In this document: positions 34,328-49,789 of the stretch, in pieces | Numbering within the stretch: the stretch's first letter is position 1 | Layout of the letters: every line of letters starts with the position of its first letter | Assembly (NCBI RefSeq): GCF_009914755.1 | Contig: NC_060926.1 | Direction: 5' to 3' (one strand) | Source: the human T2T-CHM13v2.0 reference genome, Homo sapiens | Length of the DNA: 64,000 bases | Made by a program: the position numbers and the translations under genes | Notes under the pieces: generated by a model | Seen by the model: only the letters and a program-made list of their open reading frames with translations | Databases searched by the model: none | Told to the model about the DNA's origin: nothing

Positions 34328-37300
34328 GATTTATTGATTTTCATACGTTGAACCAGCCTTGCATCCCAGAGATGAAGCAGACTTGACCATGGTGGATAAG
34401 CTTTTTGATGTGCTGCTGGATTTGGTTTGCCAGTATTTTATTGAGGGTTTTCACACTGATGTTTGTCATGGATATTGGCTTGAAATTTTCTTTTTTTTTT
34501 TTATCTCTGCCAGGTTTTGGTATCAGGATGATGCTGGCCTCATAAAATGAGTTAGGGGGGAGTCCCTCTTTTTCTATTGTTTGGAATAGTTTCAGAAGGA
34601 ATGGTACCAGCTCCTCTTGTACCTCTGATAGAATTCGGCTGTGAATCCATCTGGTCCTGGGCATTTTTTGGTTGGTATACTATTAATTACTGCCTCAATT
34701 TCAGAACTTGTTATTGGTCTAATCAGGGATTCGACTTCTTCCTGGTTTAGTCTTGGGACAGTGTATGTATCCATTTCTTCTAGATTTTCTAGTTTATTTG
34801 TGTAGAAGTGTTTATAGTATTCTCTGATGGTAGTTTGTATTTGTGTGGGATCAGTGGTGATATCCCCTTTATCGTTTTTTATTGTGTCTATTTCATTCTT
34901 CTCTCTTTTCTTCTTTATTAGTCTGGCCAGTAGTGGTCTATCTATTTTGTTAATCTTTTCAAAAAATCAGCTCCTGAATTCATCAATTTTTTCAAAGGGT
35001 TTTCTGTGTTTCTATCTCCTTCAGTCCTGCTCTGATCTTAGTTATTTCTTGTCTTCTGCTAGCTTTTGAATTTGTTTGCTCTTGCTTCTCTAGTTCTTTT
35101 AATTGTGATGTTAAGGTGTTGATTTTAGATCTTTCATGCTTTATCCTGTGGGCATTTAGTGCTACAAATTTCCCTCGAAACACTGCTTTAGCCGTGTCCC
35201 AGAGATTCTGGTACGTTGTGTCTTTGTTCTAATTGGTTTCAAAGAACTTATTATTTCTGCCTTAATTTTGTTATTTATCCAGTAGTTATTCAGGAGCAGG
35301 TTGTTCAGTCTCCATGTAGTTGTGTGGTTTTGAGTGAGTTTCTTAATCCTGAGTTCTAATTTGATTGCACTGTGGTCTGAGAGACTGTTTGTTATGATTT
35401 CCATTATTTTGCATTTGCTGAGGAGTGTTTTACTTCCAATTATGTGGTCAATTTTAGAATAAGTGCGATGTGTTGTCAAGAAGAATGTATATTCTGTTGA
35501 TTTGGGGTGTAGAGTTCTGTAGATGTCTATTAGGTCTGCTTGGTCCAGAGCTGAGTTCAAGTCCTGAATATCCCTGTTAATTTTCTGTCTCATTGATCTG
35601 TCTAATATTGACAGTGGGGTGTTAAAGTCTCCCACTATTACTGTGTGGGAGTCTAAGTCTCTTTGTAGGCCTCAAAGAACTTGCTTTATGAATCTTGGTG
35701 CTCCTGTATTGGGTGCATATATATTTAGGATAGTTAGCTCTACCTGTTGAATTGATCCCTTTACCATTATGTAATGCCCTTCTTGGTCTGTTTTGATCTA
35801 TGTTGGTTTAAAGTCTGTTTTATCAGAGACCAGGATTGCAATCCCTGCTTTTTTTTTTGCTTTCCATTTGCTTGGTAAATATTCCTCCATCCCTTTATTT
35901 TGAGCCTATGTATGTCTCTGCATGTGAGATGGGTCTCCTGAATACAGCACACCGATGGGTCTTGACTCTTTATCCAGTTTGCCAGTCTGTGTCTTTTAAT
36001 TGGGGCATTTAGCCTGTTTACATTTAAGGTTAACATTGTTATGTGGGAATTTGATCCTGTCATTTTGGTTCTAGCTGATTATTTTGCCTGTTAGTTGATG
36101 CAGTTTCTTCATAGTCACGATGGTCTTTACAATTTGTTATGTTTTTGCAGTGGCTGGCGCAGGTTTTTCCTTTCTATGTTTAGTGCTTCCTTCAGGAGCT
36201 CTTGTAAGGCAGGCCTGGTGGTGACAAAATCTCTCAGCATTTGCTTGTCTGTAAATGATTTTATTTCTCCTTTGCTTATGAAGCTTAGTTTGGCAGGATA
36301 TGAAATTCTGGATTGGAAATGCTTTTCTTTAACAATGTTGAATATTGGCCCCCACTCTCTTCTGGCTTGTAGGGTTTCTGCAGACAGATCCACTGTTCGT
36401 CTGATGGGCTTCCCTTTGTGGGTAACCTGACCTTTCTCTTTGGCTGCCCTTAACATTTTTTTCCTTCATTTCAACCTTGGTGTATCTGACAATTATGTGT
36501 CTTGGGGTTGCTCTTCTCAAGGAGTATCTCTGTGGTGTTCTCTGTATTTCCTGAATTTGAATGTTGGCTTGTTTTGCTAGGCTGAGGAAATGCTCATGGA
36601 TGATATCCTGAAGAGTGTTTTCCAACTGGGTTTCATTCTCCCCGCCACTGTCAGGTACACCAATCAAACGTAGGTTTGGTCTTTTCACATAGTCCCATAT
36701 TTCTTGGAGGCTTTGTTCGTTCCTTTTCATTCTTTTTTCTCTAATCTTGTCTTTATGCTTCATTTCATTAAGTTGATCTTCAATCTCTGATATCCTTTAT
36801 TTTGCTTGATTGATTCAGCTATTGATACTTGTATGTGCTTCATGAAGTTCTCATGCTGTGTTTTTCAGCTCTGTCAGGTCATTTATGTTCTTCTCTAAAC
36901 TGGTTATTCTAGTTAGCAATTCCTCTTACCTTTTTTCAAGGTTCTTAACTTCCTTGCATTGGGACAGAACATGCTCCTTTAGCTCGGAGGAGTTTGTTAT
37001 TACCCACCTTCTGAAGCCTACTTCTGTCAATTCGTCAGTCTCATTCTCTGTCCAGTTTTGTTCCCTTGCTGGTGAGGAGTTGTGATCCTTTGGAGAAGAA
37101 GAGGCGTTCTGGTTTTTGGAATTTTCAGCCTTTTTGCGCTGGTTTTTCCTCATCTTCGTGGATTTATCTACCTTTGGTCTTTGATGTTGGTGACTTTTGG
37201 ATGGGGATTTTGAGTGGACGTCCTTTTTGTTGATGTTGATGCTATTCCTTTCTGTTTGTTAGTTTTCCTTCTAACAGTCAGGCCCCTCTGCTGCAGGTCT

Positions 37301-38492
37301 GCTGGAGTTTGCTGGAGGTCCACTCCAGACCCTGTTGGCCAAGGTATCACCAGCAGAGGCTGCAGAACAGCAAAGATTGCTGTCTGTTCCTTCCTCTGGA
37401 AACTTCTTCCCAGAATGGCACCCACCAGATGCCAGCCAGAGCTCCTCTATATGAGTTGTCTGTCAACCCCTGCTGGGAGATGTCTCCTAGTTAGGAGGCA
37501 TGGGCATCAGGGACCCACTTGAGGAGACAGTCTATCCCTTATCAGAGCTCAAGCGCTGTGCTGGCAGATCCACTGCTCTCTTCAGAGCCAGCAGGCAGGA
37601 ACATTTAAGTCTGCTGAAGCTGTGCCCACAGGTGCCCCTTCTCCCAGGTGCTCTGTCCCAGGGAGATAGGAGTTTTATCTATAAGCCCCTGACTGGGGCT
37701 GCTGCCTTTCTTTCAGAGATGCCCTGCTCAGAGAGGAGGAATCTAGAGAGGCACTCTGGCTAGATAGGCTTTGCGGAGCTGTGGTGGGCTCCACCCAGTT
37801 TGAACTTCCCAGAAGCTTTGTTTTCACTGTGAGGGGAAAACTGCCTACTCAAGCCTCAGCAATGGTGGACGCCCCTCCCCCACCAAGCTTGAGTGTGTCC
37901 CAGGTTGACTTCAGACTGCTGTGCTGGCAGCAAGAATTTCAAGCCAGTGGATCTTAGCTTGCTGGGCTCTGTGATGCTGGGATCCACTGAGCAAGACCAC
38001 TTGGGTCCCTGGCTTCAGCCCCCTCTCCAGGGGAGTAAACGGTTCTGTCTCACTGGCATTCCAGGCACAGCTGGGGTACAAAAACAAACCCCTGCAGCTA
38101 GCTTGGTGTCTGCCCAAAGGGCCGCCCAATTTTGTGCTTGAAACCCAGGGCCCTGGTGGTGTAGGCATCCAAGGGAATCTCCTGGTCTGCAGGTTGCGAA
38201 GACTGTGGGAAAAGCATAGTATCTGGGCCGGAATGTACCATTTCTCACGGCACAGTCCTCAGGGTTTCCCTTGGCAAGGAGAGGGAGTTCCCTGACCCCT
38301 TGCACTTCCTGGGTGAGGCAATGCCCCACCCTGCTTTGGCTTGCCCTCTGTGGGCTACACCCACTGTCTAACCAGTCCCAATGAGATGAGCTGAGTACCT
38401 CAGTTGGAAATGCAGAAATCACCCACCTTCTGTGTTGATCTCACTGGGAGCTGCAGACTGGAGCTGTTCCTATTTGGCCATCTTGCTGTCCA
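34328..38492 (-). mobile_element. L1PA (about PA6-PA8) 5' portion: 5'UTR, decayed ORF1, ORF2 endonuclease and Z region; 3' end and poly-A missing
   Basis: 5' end CAAGATGGCCAAATAGGAACAGCTCC (minus strand); ORF1 pieces (EIWDYVKRPNLRLIGVP, ARREWGPIFN); ORF2 [65 protein letters not shown]; many stops and frameshifts. Confidence 0.95.
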
Positions 38493-39125
38493 CCCTATCC
38501 CACTAAGTTATTACAAAGCGTTGTGTTAAAAAAATGACTTTAAATAACTTTTTTTCTCTATGGTATAGTATCATCTTGACAAATAATCAGGTTCATTTCT
38601 TTCCTTTTCACTTTAATTTTTGATTTGTTTTCCTAACATTTTATTGTACAAATTTATATAAAAATATTGAAACAGCTGTATAGTGAACACACCTCCCCAC
38701 TAACAAGACACTGTGATTAATATATGTAATTCCAATTTGCTTCATCTCCTAATTCTATCCACCATCAACCCAACATATTTTTTGAAAAAGTTCAAAATAA
38801 GTTGCAGACGTAGTGTTCTCTACCTCTCCCTATTTCAAACTACCTATCGTTAACTATGGTTCAATATTTGTTTATCATGCTTAGCGTAATCAACATAAAA
38901 TGTAATGCATAAATCTTAAGTGTACCATTCCATAAATTTTGACAAATGCATGCACTTGTCAAAGTGCAAATCCAAACCCCAAAGATATATAGTGTTATCG
39001 TCACCCTAGAAAGTTCTCTCACACCTTTTTTCATCAATAATTAACATCAACCCCAGAGACAAACACTGTTATTAATTTTCCCACATAGATTAGTTCTAAA
39101 ACTTGATATAAATGGAATCATACAG

Positions 39126-39552
39126 TGATATGGTTTAGATCTGTGTCCCCACCAAATCTCATGTCAAATTGTAATCCCCAATGTTGGAGGTGGGGCCTGG
39201 TGGGAGGTGGTTGAATTATGGGGGTGGATTTCTCATGAGTGGCTTAGCACAATCTTCTAGGTGTCATTCTCATAATAGTGAGTGAATTCTCATGAGATCT
39301 GGTTGTTAAAATATGTGCAGCACCTCCCGCCTTGCTCTCTGGTTCCTGCTCCTGCCACGTAAGACATGCCTTTTCCCCCTTCGCCTTCTGCCATGACTGT
39401 AAGCTTCTTGAAGCCTCCTCAGAAGCTGAGCAGATGTCAGCATCATGGTTCCTATATAGCCTGTGGAACTATAAGCCAAGAAAGCCTCTTTTATTTATAA
39501 ATTACCTAGTCTCAAGTATGTCTTTATAGCAATGCAAGAACAAACTGAAACA
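39126..39552 (+). mobile_element. MST (MSTA/B) MaLR solo LTR
   Basis: TGATATGGTTTAGATCTGTGTCCCC...ACA; 5-bp TSD TACAG. Confidence 0.88.
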
Positions 39553-39789
39553 TACAGTATGTGATTTCTTTCACTTGGCATGATTTTTAGATTCATCTAT
39601 GTTGTAACATGTATGTAGCCCATTTTGTTTATTTCTTTTCTTAGCAATGCTACTAACTGAATAGTGTATTTCCTGTTTTATTGTTGAATAGTGGTTCATT
39701 GTATAGATATACCACAGTTTGTTCATTCATTCACCTCTTGATGGACATCCCCGCTATTTTCAGTTTTGGATTATTATGAATAAAGCTGT

Positions 39790-40689
39790 TGTTGACCAAC
39801 AAAAAGCTGAACTTTGTAAAATATTTGAAGAGGTTTATTCTGAGCCAAATATATAAGACCATGGCTCAGAAGACAGCCTCAAGAGGTCCTGAGAACATGA
39901 GCTCAAGGTGTTGGGTTACCGCTTGGTTTTATATCTTTCAGGGAGACAGAAGTTACAGGCAAAGATGTAAATCAATACATGTAAGATATACATTGATTTG
40001 GCCCAGAAAGGTGGGATATCTTGAAGAGGGTAGCTATGGGTCATAGGCAGAGTCAATGATTTTCTGAGTGACAATTGGTTGAAAAGGTTAAGCTTTGCCT
40101 GAAGAATTGAAGTTAGCAGAAAGAAATGCTTGAGTGAAGATAAGGGGGAAGCCAAGGTTCTTATTATGTAGATGAAGACTCCAGGTAGCAGGGTTCAGAG
40201 AGAATAGATGATAACAGTCTCTTATTAGACCTTAAAAGATGCCAGTCTCTTAGTTAAGTCTCTCCTGAATAAGGAGAAGACCTGGAAAGGGAAGGGAATT
40301 CTCTACAAAATGCAAATTTTCCCCATAAAAGATGGCTTTGCAGGGCCATTTCAATACATGTCAAAGAAATATATTTTGGGATAAAATACTTTGATTTCCT
40401 TCAGGGCCTGCTATATTTTGTGTGATGCTATATCAGGGGTAGGTTGGAGTACAGTATCTCATTGCTACAAATAGTCTGTTTTGTCAGTCTTAGGATCTCT
40501 GTTTTAATATTAATGCTGGTCAATTTTGCTTAAACTTCAACAACACGGGGTATAATGAGGCACGTTTGACCTCCCTTCCCCTCATAGCCTGAAATAGCTT
40601 TTAGGTTTTCTTTAGGATCCCCTTGGCCAATCAGGAGAGAGGGTCCGTTAAGTCAGATGGGAGGCTTAGAATTTCATTTTTGTTTTACA
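39790..40689 (-). mobile_element. MER4-family (MER4D-like) ERV1 solo LTR
   Basis: TG...CA termini; 4-bp TSD CTGT; minus strand starts TGTAAAACAAAAATGAAATTCTAAG. Confidence 0.8.
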
Positions 40690-40987
40690 CTGTTATGAAC
40701 ACACTTGTACAAATCTTTTTGTAGACATATATTTTTATTTCTCCTTGGTACATTAGAAGCGGAATTGCTGGGTCGGGGATAAATGTATGTTTAGTTTTAT
40801 AAGAAAGCGATGGACCTTTTTCCTAAATGGTTATAACATTTCAAACTCCCACCAACCATACATAGGTGTTCCAGTTACTCCACATACTTGCCAACATTTA
40901 GTGCTGTTGTTTTTAAATTTTTTAAAGCCATTTTGGTAAATGCGTAGTGGGTTTTTTGTTTAATTTCTTGAATATGTAATACATTAC

Positions 40988-42066
<1,079 letters not shown>

Positions 42067-42424
42067 TTGTGATCTTTCTCTGATTAAAATAAAAGTTTTA
42101 CTTTCTCATTACTTCCGGACCTTAGTATCAATCACTCAATCACATAAACTAAAGCCTGCATGTGATTTTGGATATTATCTAATTTATCTAATTTTACAAG
42201 TGAAGAAATTGATGTTCAGGGAGCTTGTTCAAGTATACACCAAGAAGGCTATAGCATGGGAAACCTCCTAGCCCCAGCTCATTGCTCTTTCTACTCAACA
42301 AAGTCCTTGTCATTTAATGATGTGCTTTCCCCCTTTGCTGATGACAACCTCTTCTTGCAAAACATCCTTTATTTCTGACTTCAAAAAAACAACATGGCTG
42401 ACCAAGAGGGCAAATTTGATAATT

Positions 42425-42426
<2 letters not shown>

Positions 42427-42470
<44 letters not shown>

Positions 42471-42760
42471 TTTTTGCATCAGGGTCTTGCGCTGTCACCC
42501 AGGCTGGTGTGTGGTGGTGTGATCATGGCTCATTGCAGCCTTGATCACTTGGGCTCAAGCAGTCCTCCTACTTCAGTCTCCTGAATAGCTGGGAACACAA
42601 CCACACACCACCACACCTGGTGGCTAACTTTTATATTTTTTGTAGATACAGTATCTCTCTATGTTGTCCAGGCTGCTCTTGAACTCCTGGCCTCAAGCAA
42701 TCCTCTTGCCTCAGCCTCCCAAAATGCTAGGATTACAGGTGTGAGCCACTATACTCAACC
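42427..42760 (-). mobile_element. AluJ with a (TA)n microsatellite at its tail
   Basis: About 17 TA units, then poly-T and a diverged Alu. Confidence 0.88.
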
Positions 42761-42768
42761 AAATGAGA

Positions 42769-43230
<462 letters not shown>

Positions 43231-44019
43231 CTAAAATGCAATCATTTGGAATAAAGTTTTAATCTTTTCTTTGTTCTATTGATTGATGACTATAACGCTC
43301 TAACAAGGATTTATCCATCATTTAGGAAATGACTTCATGAAGTTGTTAGGGACTGATAACTGGGTGAGATGAAGCCCAGGGGGGTTCTTTCCTTTCTGTG
43401 TGTCAAACATTGTTTTTTGAAGTCTAACAACAATTTACACAAATTTTCTAATGACTAATATTCTCTTTTCTTATAAACTTGTTAAAAATTCTTTATAAAG
43501 GGAAACAATTTTCTAATAGACCTGTGTTCTATCTGAAGAAACCTTTCAAATGTACATTGTTTAAGGGAAAAAGTTTTAAAGTTTGAAAAGATTTAAAGAT
43601 GAGAATTTTAAGCCACCTTATCACAGAGACCCTAACCAAATGGCATTAAAAAAAAAAAAGTAGAGCATTACCTCATACACTCAATTAACATCTGAATTAA
43701 GGGAAACATTCACTTGTAGGTGGGGAAATTTTTATTAGCAAAACTTCACTGACATTAAAAAAAAATCCTGGAACACGTGTATATAAGTTTCAGCTTTCTG
43801 TGCATGAAGCCCTTCACTTCATCTCATTCCTAGTAAATAAATGATCTCCAGAAAAGTATGAAGACACAGTGCTGGGTGTGTCCAAATGTGTCTTCTTTGA
43901 CATCTTTTAACAAAAATCCATACATAATGACTTGTAATTTTACAAAATTTACTAGGCATCTATTTATGTATTAGAGGTGAGGGTTTAAGGATATGTTCCA
44001 TAAGAAACATAGCAATATA

Positions 44020-44315
<296 letters not shown>

Positions 44316-44629
44316 TTTCCAGAGTTGGTGTTGTTCACATGCACTTGACCATAAATCCCCCTAAGATGGATCCTTGAAAAATTTTAGACTTGGACTAAGT
44401 CTATAATGATTCATAAACATAAGGGAATTTTATAAAATAACGAATGAGAGCATCTTCTACATGCCAGTCAATCCTGTAGCTCCAGGTATATAGAGACGGA
44501 AAATACCATCTCTGCCCATTGGTTAAGCAAGGGTTTTGGCAAGGCTATGGAGCAAAAGGAATTCCCATACATTGCTGGTGAGAAAGAAAACTGTGGTAAC
44601 CCCATTGAAAAACAGTTTGTCTTAAAAAA

Positions 44630-44924
44630 TCTTTTTGAAGACAGAGTCTCGCTCTGTTCCCAGGCTGGAGTCCAGCAGTGTGATCATAGCTCACTGAAGG
44701 CTCAAACTCTTGGGCTCAAATGATCCTCCTACCTTAGACTCCCAAGCAGCTGGGACTATAGGCACATGCCACCACGCCTGATTAATTTTTTATTTTTATT
44801 ATTTTTAGAGACAGGATCTCACTATGTTGGCCAGGCTGGTCTTGAACTCCTGGGCTGAAGCAGTCCTCTCATTTCGGCCTCCCAAAGTGCTGGGATTACA
44901 GGTGTGAGCCACTGTGCCTGGCCC
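44630..44924 (-). mobile_element. AluJ within an old L1ME-like fragment (about 44540-45530, +)
   Basis: Diverged dimer; L1M-like flanks (CATACATTGCTGGTG.., AATAAATTGTGG..ACACAATGGAA). Confidence 0.85.
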
Positions 44925-45921
44925 AGTGTGGCGTTTTCTACTAAAGCTGAACACATGTATACTCTGTGAGTCAGCAATTCTTTCTCATACGTGTCCCTGA
45001 GTAATGCATGCATACATGTGCCAGGATTCTTGTAAACGAATGTTTTCAGAAGCATTGTTTATTGTAGCTCCAAACTGGGCCATCAACTTTAGAAAGAATA
45101 AATAAATTGTGGGGTATCACACACAATGGAAATCTAGACAGAAGAGAAAATAAACTACAGCTGAATGCAGTAACATCCTGGAATCTTAAACATGGCATTG
45201 ATTGAAAGGAAGACGACAAGAGAGAACACCCACAAGATGACCCTATTTCTATAAAATTCAACACCAGGAAAAATTAAACTTTATTTTTAAGCATGCATAC
45301 AAAGCTAGTGAAACTATAAAGAAAAGTGAAGAAGTGATTACCAGAAGGGAAAGGACAGTAGTTGTTTCCAGGAGCATGTGAGCAGGGTATGGCTGAAACA
45401 AGACACATGAGGTTTCAGGAAGTGCTGATTTGCATGCAGGTTCACAGATTTTCAAAAAGTAATGATTCAATATTCTGTATATTTATTTTATGCATTCTTC
45501 CATATGTTGCTGTAACTGAAAAAATTTTTAAAAGATCAAATTTACAATCCCACCTTGAATTTAGAGTGATAATGAAGTTAAATGAGATTTGGCCAACAGG
45601 GCTAGGAAGGTGAGAATAAGTCCTCACTCCATGGATAAGTCTTAGAGGGAAAATAGGAAATTAGCAGAGAAGGAAAGAGCTGTCTAGGCAGAGGCAAGAC
45701 TCACGCTAAAGTCTTCTTTGTCTATTTCACTCCTTCGGCACTGCAATTCTTCCCTCTACTCCGGCCCTCCAGGTGAGTGTGAGGGTTTAAGAAATGGGGC
45801 CCCCAAAGCAGGTCAGAGGCCAGAATATGTTCTGTTCATGTTTAGAAGATTTACTGGAGAGTTTTTGGAAGCAAGAACATTTTTGTTATGAAGTAAAAAG
45901 GAATATCTAAGATATCCCTCC

Positions 45922-46275
<354 letters not shown>

Positions 46276-47238
46276 CTAACGGAAAAACCAAGGAAGATGT
46301 AAAGAAAAGAAGAGAAAACTAAGGAAAACTTGAGAAAATTGAGGCACAGATACAAAGGGGAAGAGAGAGAAGGGAATGAGTCAGGAGGGAAACAGAGAAA
46401 AGAGATTAAAGACATAAAAAGATAAAAGTATCGGGAAGCATTGCAGTGTGAAAGGGAAGAAATAAGCAAAGAAGACTTTGGAAGCTGCGTTCTTAAGATC
46501 TCTCTTAGATGAAAAAGGGGAGAGATAAATGAGAGAAAAGTAAAAAAGATTTAGCAGAAAAAAAGAGAAATGATCAGAAATGTTTAATAGAAACATGAAA
46601 ATTAGAAGTTCATGGGGCAAAAATAAAATGTGGCTTATTTTTATTTCTCTTTCTTAAAAGAGCAAACATTTGCAGGAAATCAAAAGGGCTCAAATTTCAA
46701 AGATCAACAAAACCAAGTGATGGGAAAAACCTTTATAAGAGAAACTAGAATGGCATAAGAGGAATCTTAATAGTTTGATCATTTAAACAGGCTAAGGTAA
46801 ATACTCACGCAAAAGAACCAAAAACTTTGTAAGAGTTATGATGCCAGAGAAAATAAGGAAGAAGAAAAAAGTAAACACTGTTACGTTTTCTAACTTGCAA
46901 GTCTCTTTCCCTCTTACTCTGCTAAGAATAAAAGAAAAGGCGGAAGGAAGAGATGAAAAGGGGGTCATTCCAACTCATTAAAACAGGGAAAAACCAACTA
47001 TTGCAGAAAGGAATGGTGAGCCTGGTAAAAGTTGGGAGGAGGATGGGAAATTGCAAGAAGAGGGTTGTTAAAGTTATGAGTTCATTTTCCCTCGCCCCCT
47101 CATGGTACCATACTCACTCGACTGGAAAGGCAAGTTTCACTCCAGCAAATGAAGCAGCAAGGAAGTGACTTCACAAAAATCTTCCTCTGCTCTAGGGTAA
47201 TTTGGGCCTTTCATGATTTAACTCAGTCTACCACATCT

Positions 47239-47261
47239 TGACCTAGTTGAAAACTGGGTCA
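47239..47261. promoter_or_regulatory. Paired ROR response elements (TGACCTAGTT-gaa-AACTGGGTCA), candidate enhancer
   Basis: Both halves fit AWNTRGGTCA; motif evidence only. Confidence 0.45.
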
Positions 47262-47595
47262 GACTATTTTTCTTGAACGGAAGCCTAAAAACCACCCTCC
47301 CTTAAATGAATTTATATTTTTGCAGTATTGTCTATACTCAGTTTCTCTTTTACCTTTTTGGAGATGCTAACAAAAATTACTCAAGCCAGTTAAAGACCCT
47401 GGACCCAGAATCCATCGACAGAGGAAAAGGAATCAGGGATTTCATAGGAAAGTTGGAAGATTTGCTTTCGGTCCTTCTCCTGGTGGGGCACTGGGTGTTA
47501 ATTTAAGTGACAATCAGCCCATTTCAGTCATGACCTTCCTCCCTCTCTGAGCAATTACTGAGGCACAGAAGAACTCCATTTTGGCTCAAAGAGTT

Positions 47596-48216
47596 TGTAA
47601 ACCAAAAATAAAATTACAAGGCCCCGCCAACCATCTGAATGGACCCCTCTTCTCGGACAAGGGCATTCCAAAGTTGGTTCAAGCCATAATGTGAAGGGAG
47701 GGTTGGACATGCCACATTACACCCTCCTTCCTTTTGGAATTCAGGAAAAGCCAACCAGCATTAATATCGACACAGACCTTGAAGTCTGGTAAGAAATATT
47801 TACAATCTATTCTCTTGGAAGCCTGCTACTTAGAGGCTTCATCTGATTGATAAAACTTTGGTCTTCACGACCCCTTATCATCCTAAACCAGACACTTGTT
47901 TCTATTGATTCCAGGTCTTTAGATAATAACTCTTTCAACCAATTGTCCATCAGAAAAATTTTAAATCTACCTATAACTTGGAAGCCCCACTGCTTCGAGT
48001 TATCCTGGCTTTCCGGACTGAATCAATGTACATCTACATGTATTTGATTAATGTCTCCTGTCTCCCTTGAATTTATAAAACTAGGCCGTGCCTCGACCAC
48101 CTTGGGCACAAGTTCTTGAGATCTCCTGAGGGCTGTGTCACAGACCATTGGTCCCTCATATTTGGCTCAGAGTAAATCTCTTCAGATATTTTAGAGTTTG
48201 ACTCTTTTCCTCAGCA
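47596..48216 (+). mobile_element. MER4A-type ERV1 solo LTR
   Basis: TGTAAACCAAAAATAAAATT..CCAACCATCTGAATGGACCCC...TTTGACTCTTTTCCTCAGCA. Confidence 0.85.
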
Positions 48217-48549
48217 ATTTCTATGAGGTATGGAAGAAAGGCGTCAGGAGTTGGGGAAGAGAAGAGTGAGGAATAAATGAGGCTGCCCAGTTAGGTTAGG
48301 GGCAGGGACTCCCAGGACACATTGAGGAGTTTGGGAGGATGATAAAAAGAGTGGCAATATGATTAAAGCAGATTAGAAGAAACAGGCGTGGCTGGTGGAG
48401 GGATGTGAGAGAAAACTGGCCAGAGTGGGAAGCAAATTGATTCTTGATGAGTAAATGCATCCTGGCCAGGACCATAAATACTCCCTAGAGTATGATTACT
48501 CATGATCTTTTCCCCATCTGGCTGGTTGGAATAGGTATAATCCCTAAGG

Positions 48550-48755
48550 AAGCTTGCCAGATAGAATAAAATAGAGGATACCTCATTAACTTCAAATTTC
48601 AGATGAACAACATATTTTTTTTAGTGCTATTATGTCCCAGGCAATATTTGGAGCCCACTTAAAAACAAACAAACAAAAAAACCCCACGTGCTGTCTAGCT
48701 GAAATTCAAAGCTGCTGGGGTGTCCTGTATTTGATTTGCTAAATCTGGCAACTGT
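48550..48755. mobile_element. MER53 hAT MITE (palindromic)
   Basis: TTGCCAGAT...ATCTGGCAAC terminal inverted repeats; internal AAATTTCAG / CTGAAATTCAAA symmetry. Confidence 0.8.
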
Positions 48756-49224
48756 ATCCCCAGGGCAATCTTGGGAATCATGAGAAAGTAGAGCCCAAAG
48801 ATGTTGCTGGGTCTCAGAGCTGCAAGAGAAGTGCACAGGAAGGCTACCTAGATGTTAGGACTTCTGACTTCCAAAACTATAAAAGTATAAATTTGTATTT
48901 TAAGCCACTAAAATGTGGTAATGTGTTACAGTGACAATAGGAAACGAATACATAATCTAACACATTTTTTCCTCTTTTTCTTTGTCTACCCCATAGATAT
49001 AGACAATGCTACACTTGGAAAGCAGAACCTTTTTGTTCATTTTCAGAAAAGAAAACTGAGGACATAATCACTATTTCCATTTGTAGAGTAACTCTTGGCA
49101 TTCTTTCCTTGACACTATCTACACACTTTCTTATCTTTCTCTTCCTCTTCATCTAATTCTCTCCCTCTTCCCAATTCTTTCTATTCCTGTTTCCATTGCT
49201 TTTCTTTTCTCTATCAATTACCCA

Positions 49225-49279
49225 ACCATCATCATCATCCATCCATCCATCCATCCATCCATCCATCCATCCATCATCC
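49225..49279. repeat. (CAT)n/(CCAT)n microsatellite
   Basis: Seen directly. Confidence 0.9.
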
Positions 49280-49387
49280 TCTTCCCTGCTTTATTTTCAT
49301 TACTCTAAAAGAGTACTTTTCAAGTTCACTCATCCCCACTTCCCCAAAATACTTGACACATTTTATCCTTCATCCTTCCTTTCATTA

Positions 49388-49789
<402 letters not shown>

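Noticed and set aside
34341-37153. L1 ORF1/ORF2 pieces as an active retrotransposon
   Set aside because: Multiple frameshifts and stops; most of the RT and the whole 3' end are missing
48550-48755. MER53 hairpin as a miR-1302-family locus
   Set aside because: The region corresponding to the mature sequence (TTGGGACATACTTATGCTAAA) is degenerate here (TTGGAGCCCACTTAAAAAC)
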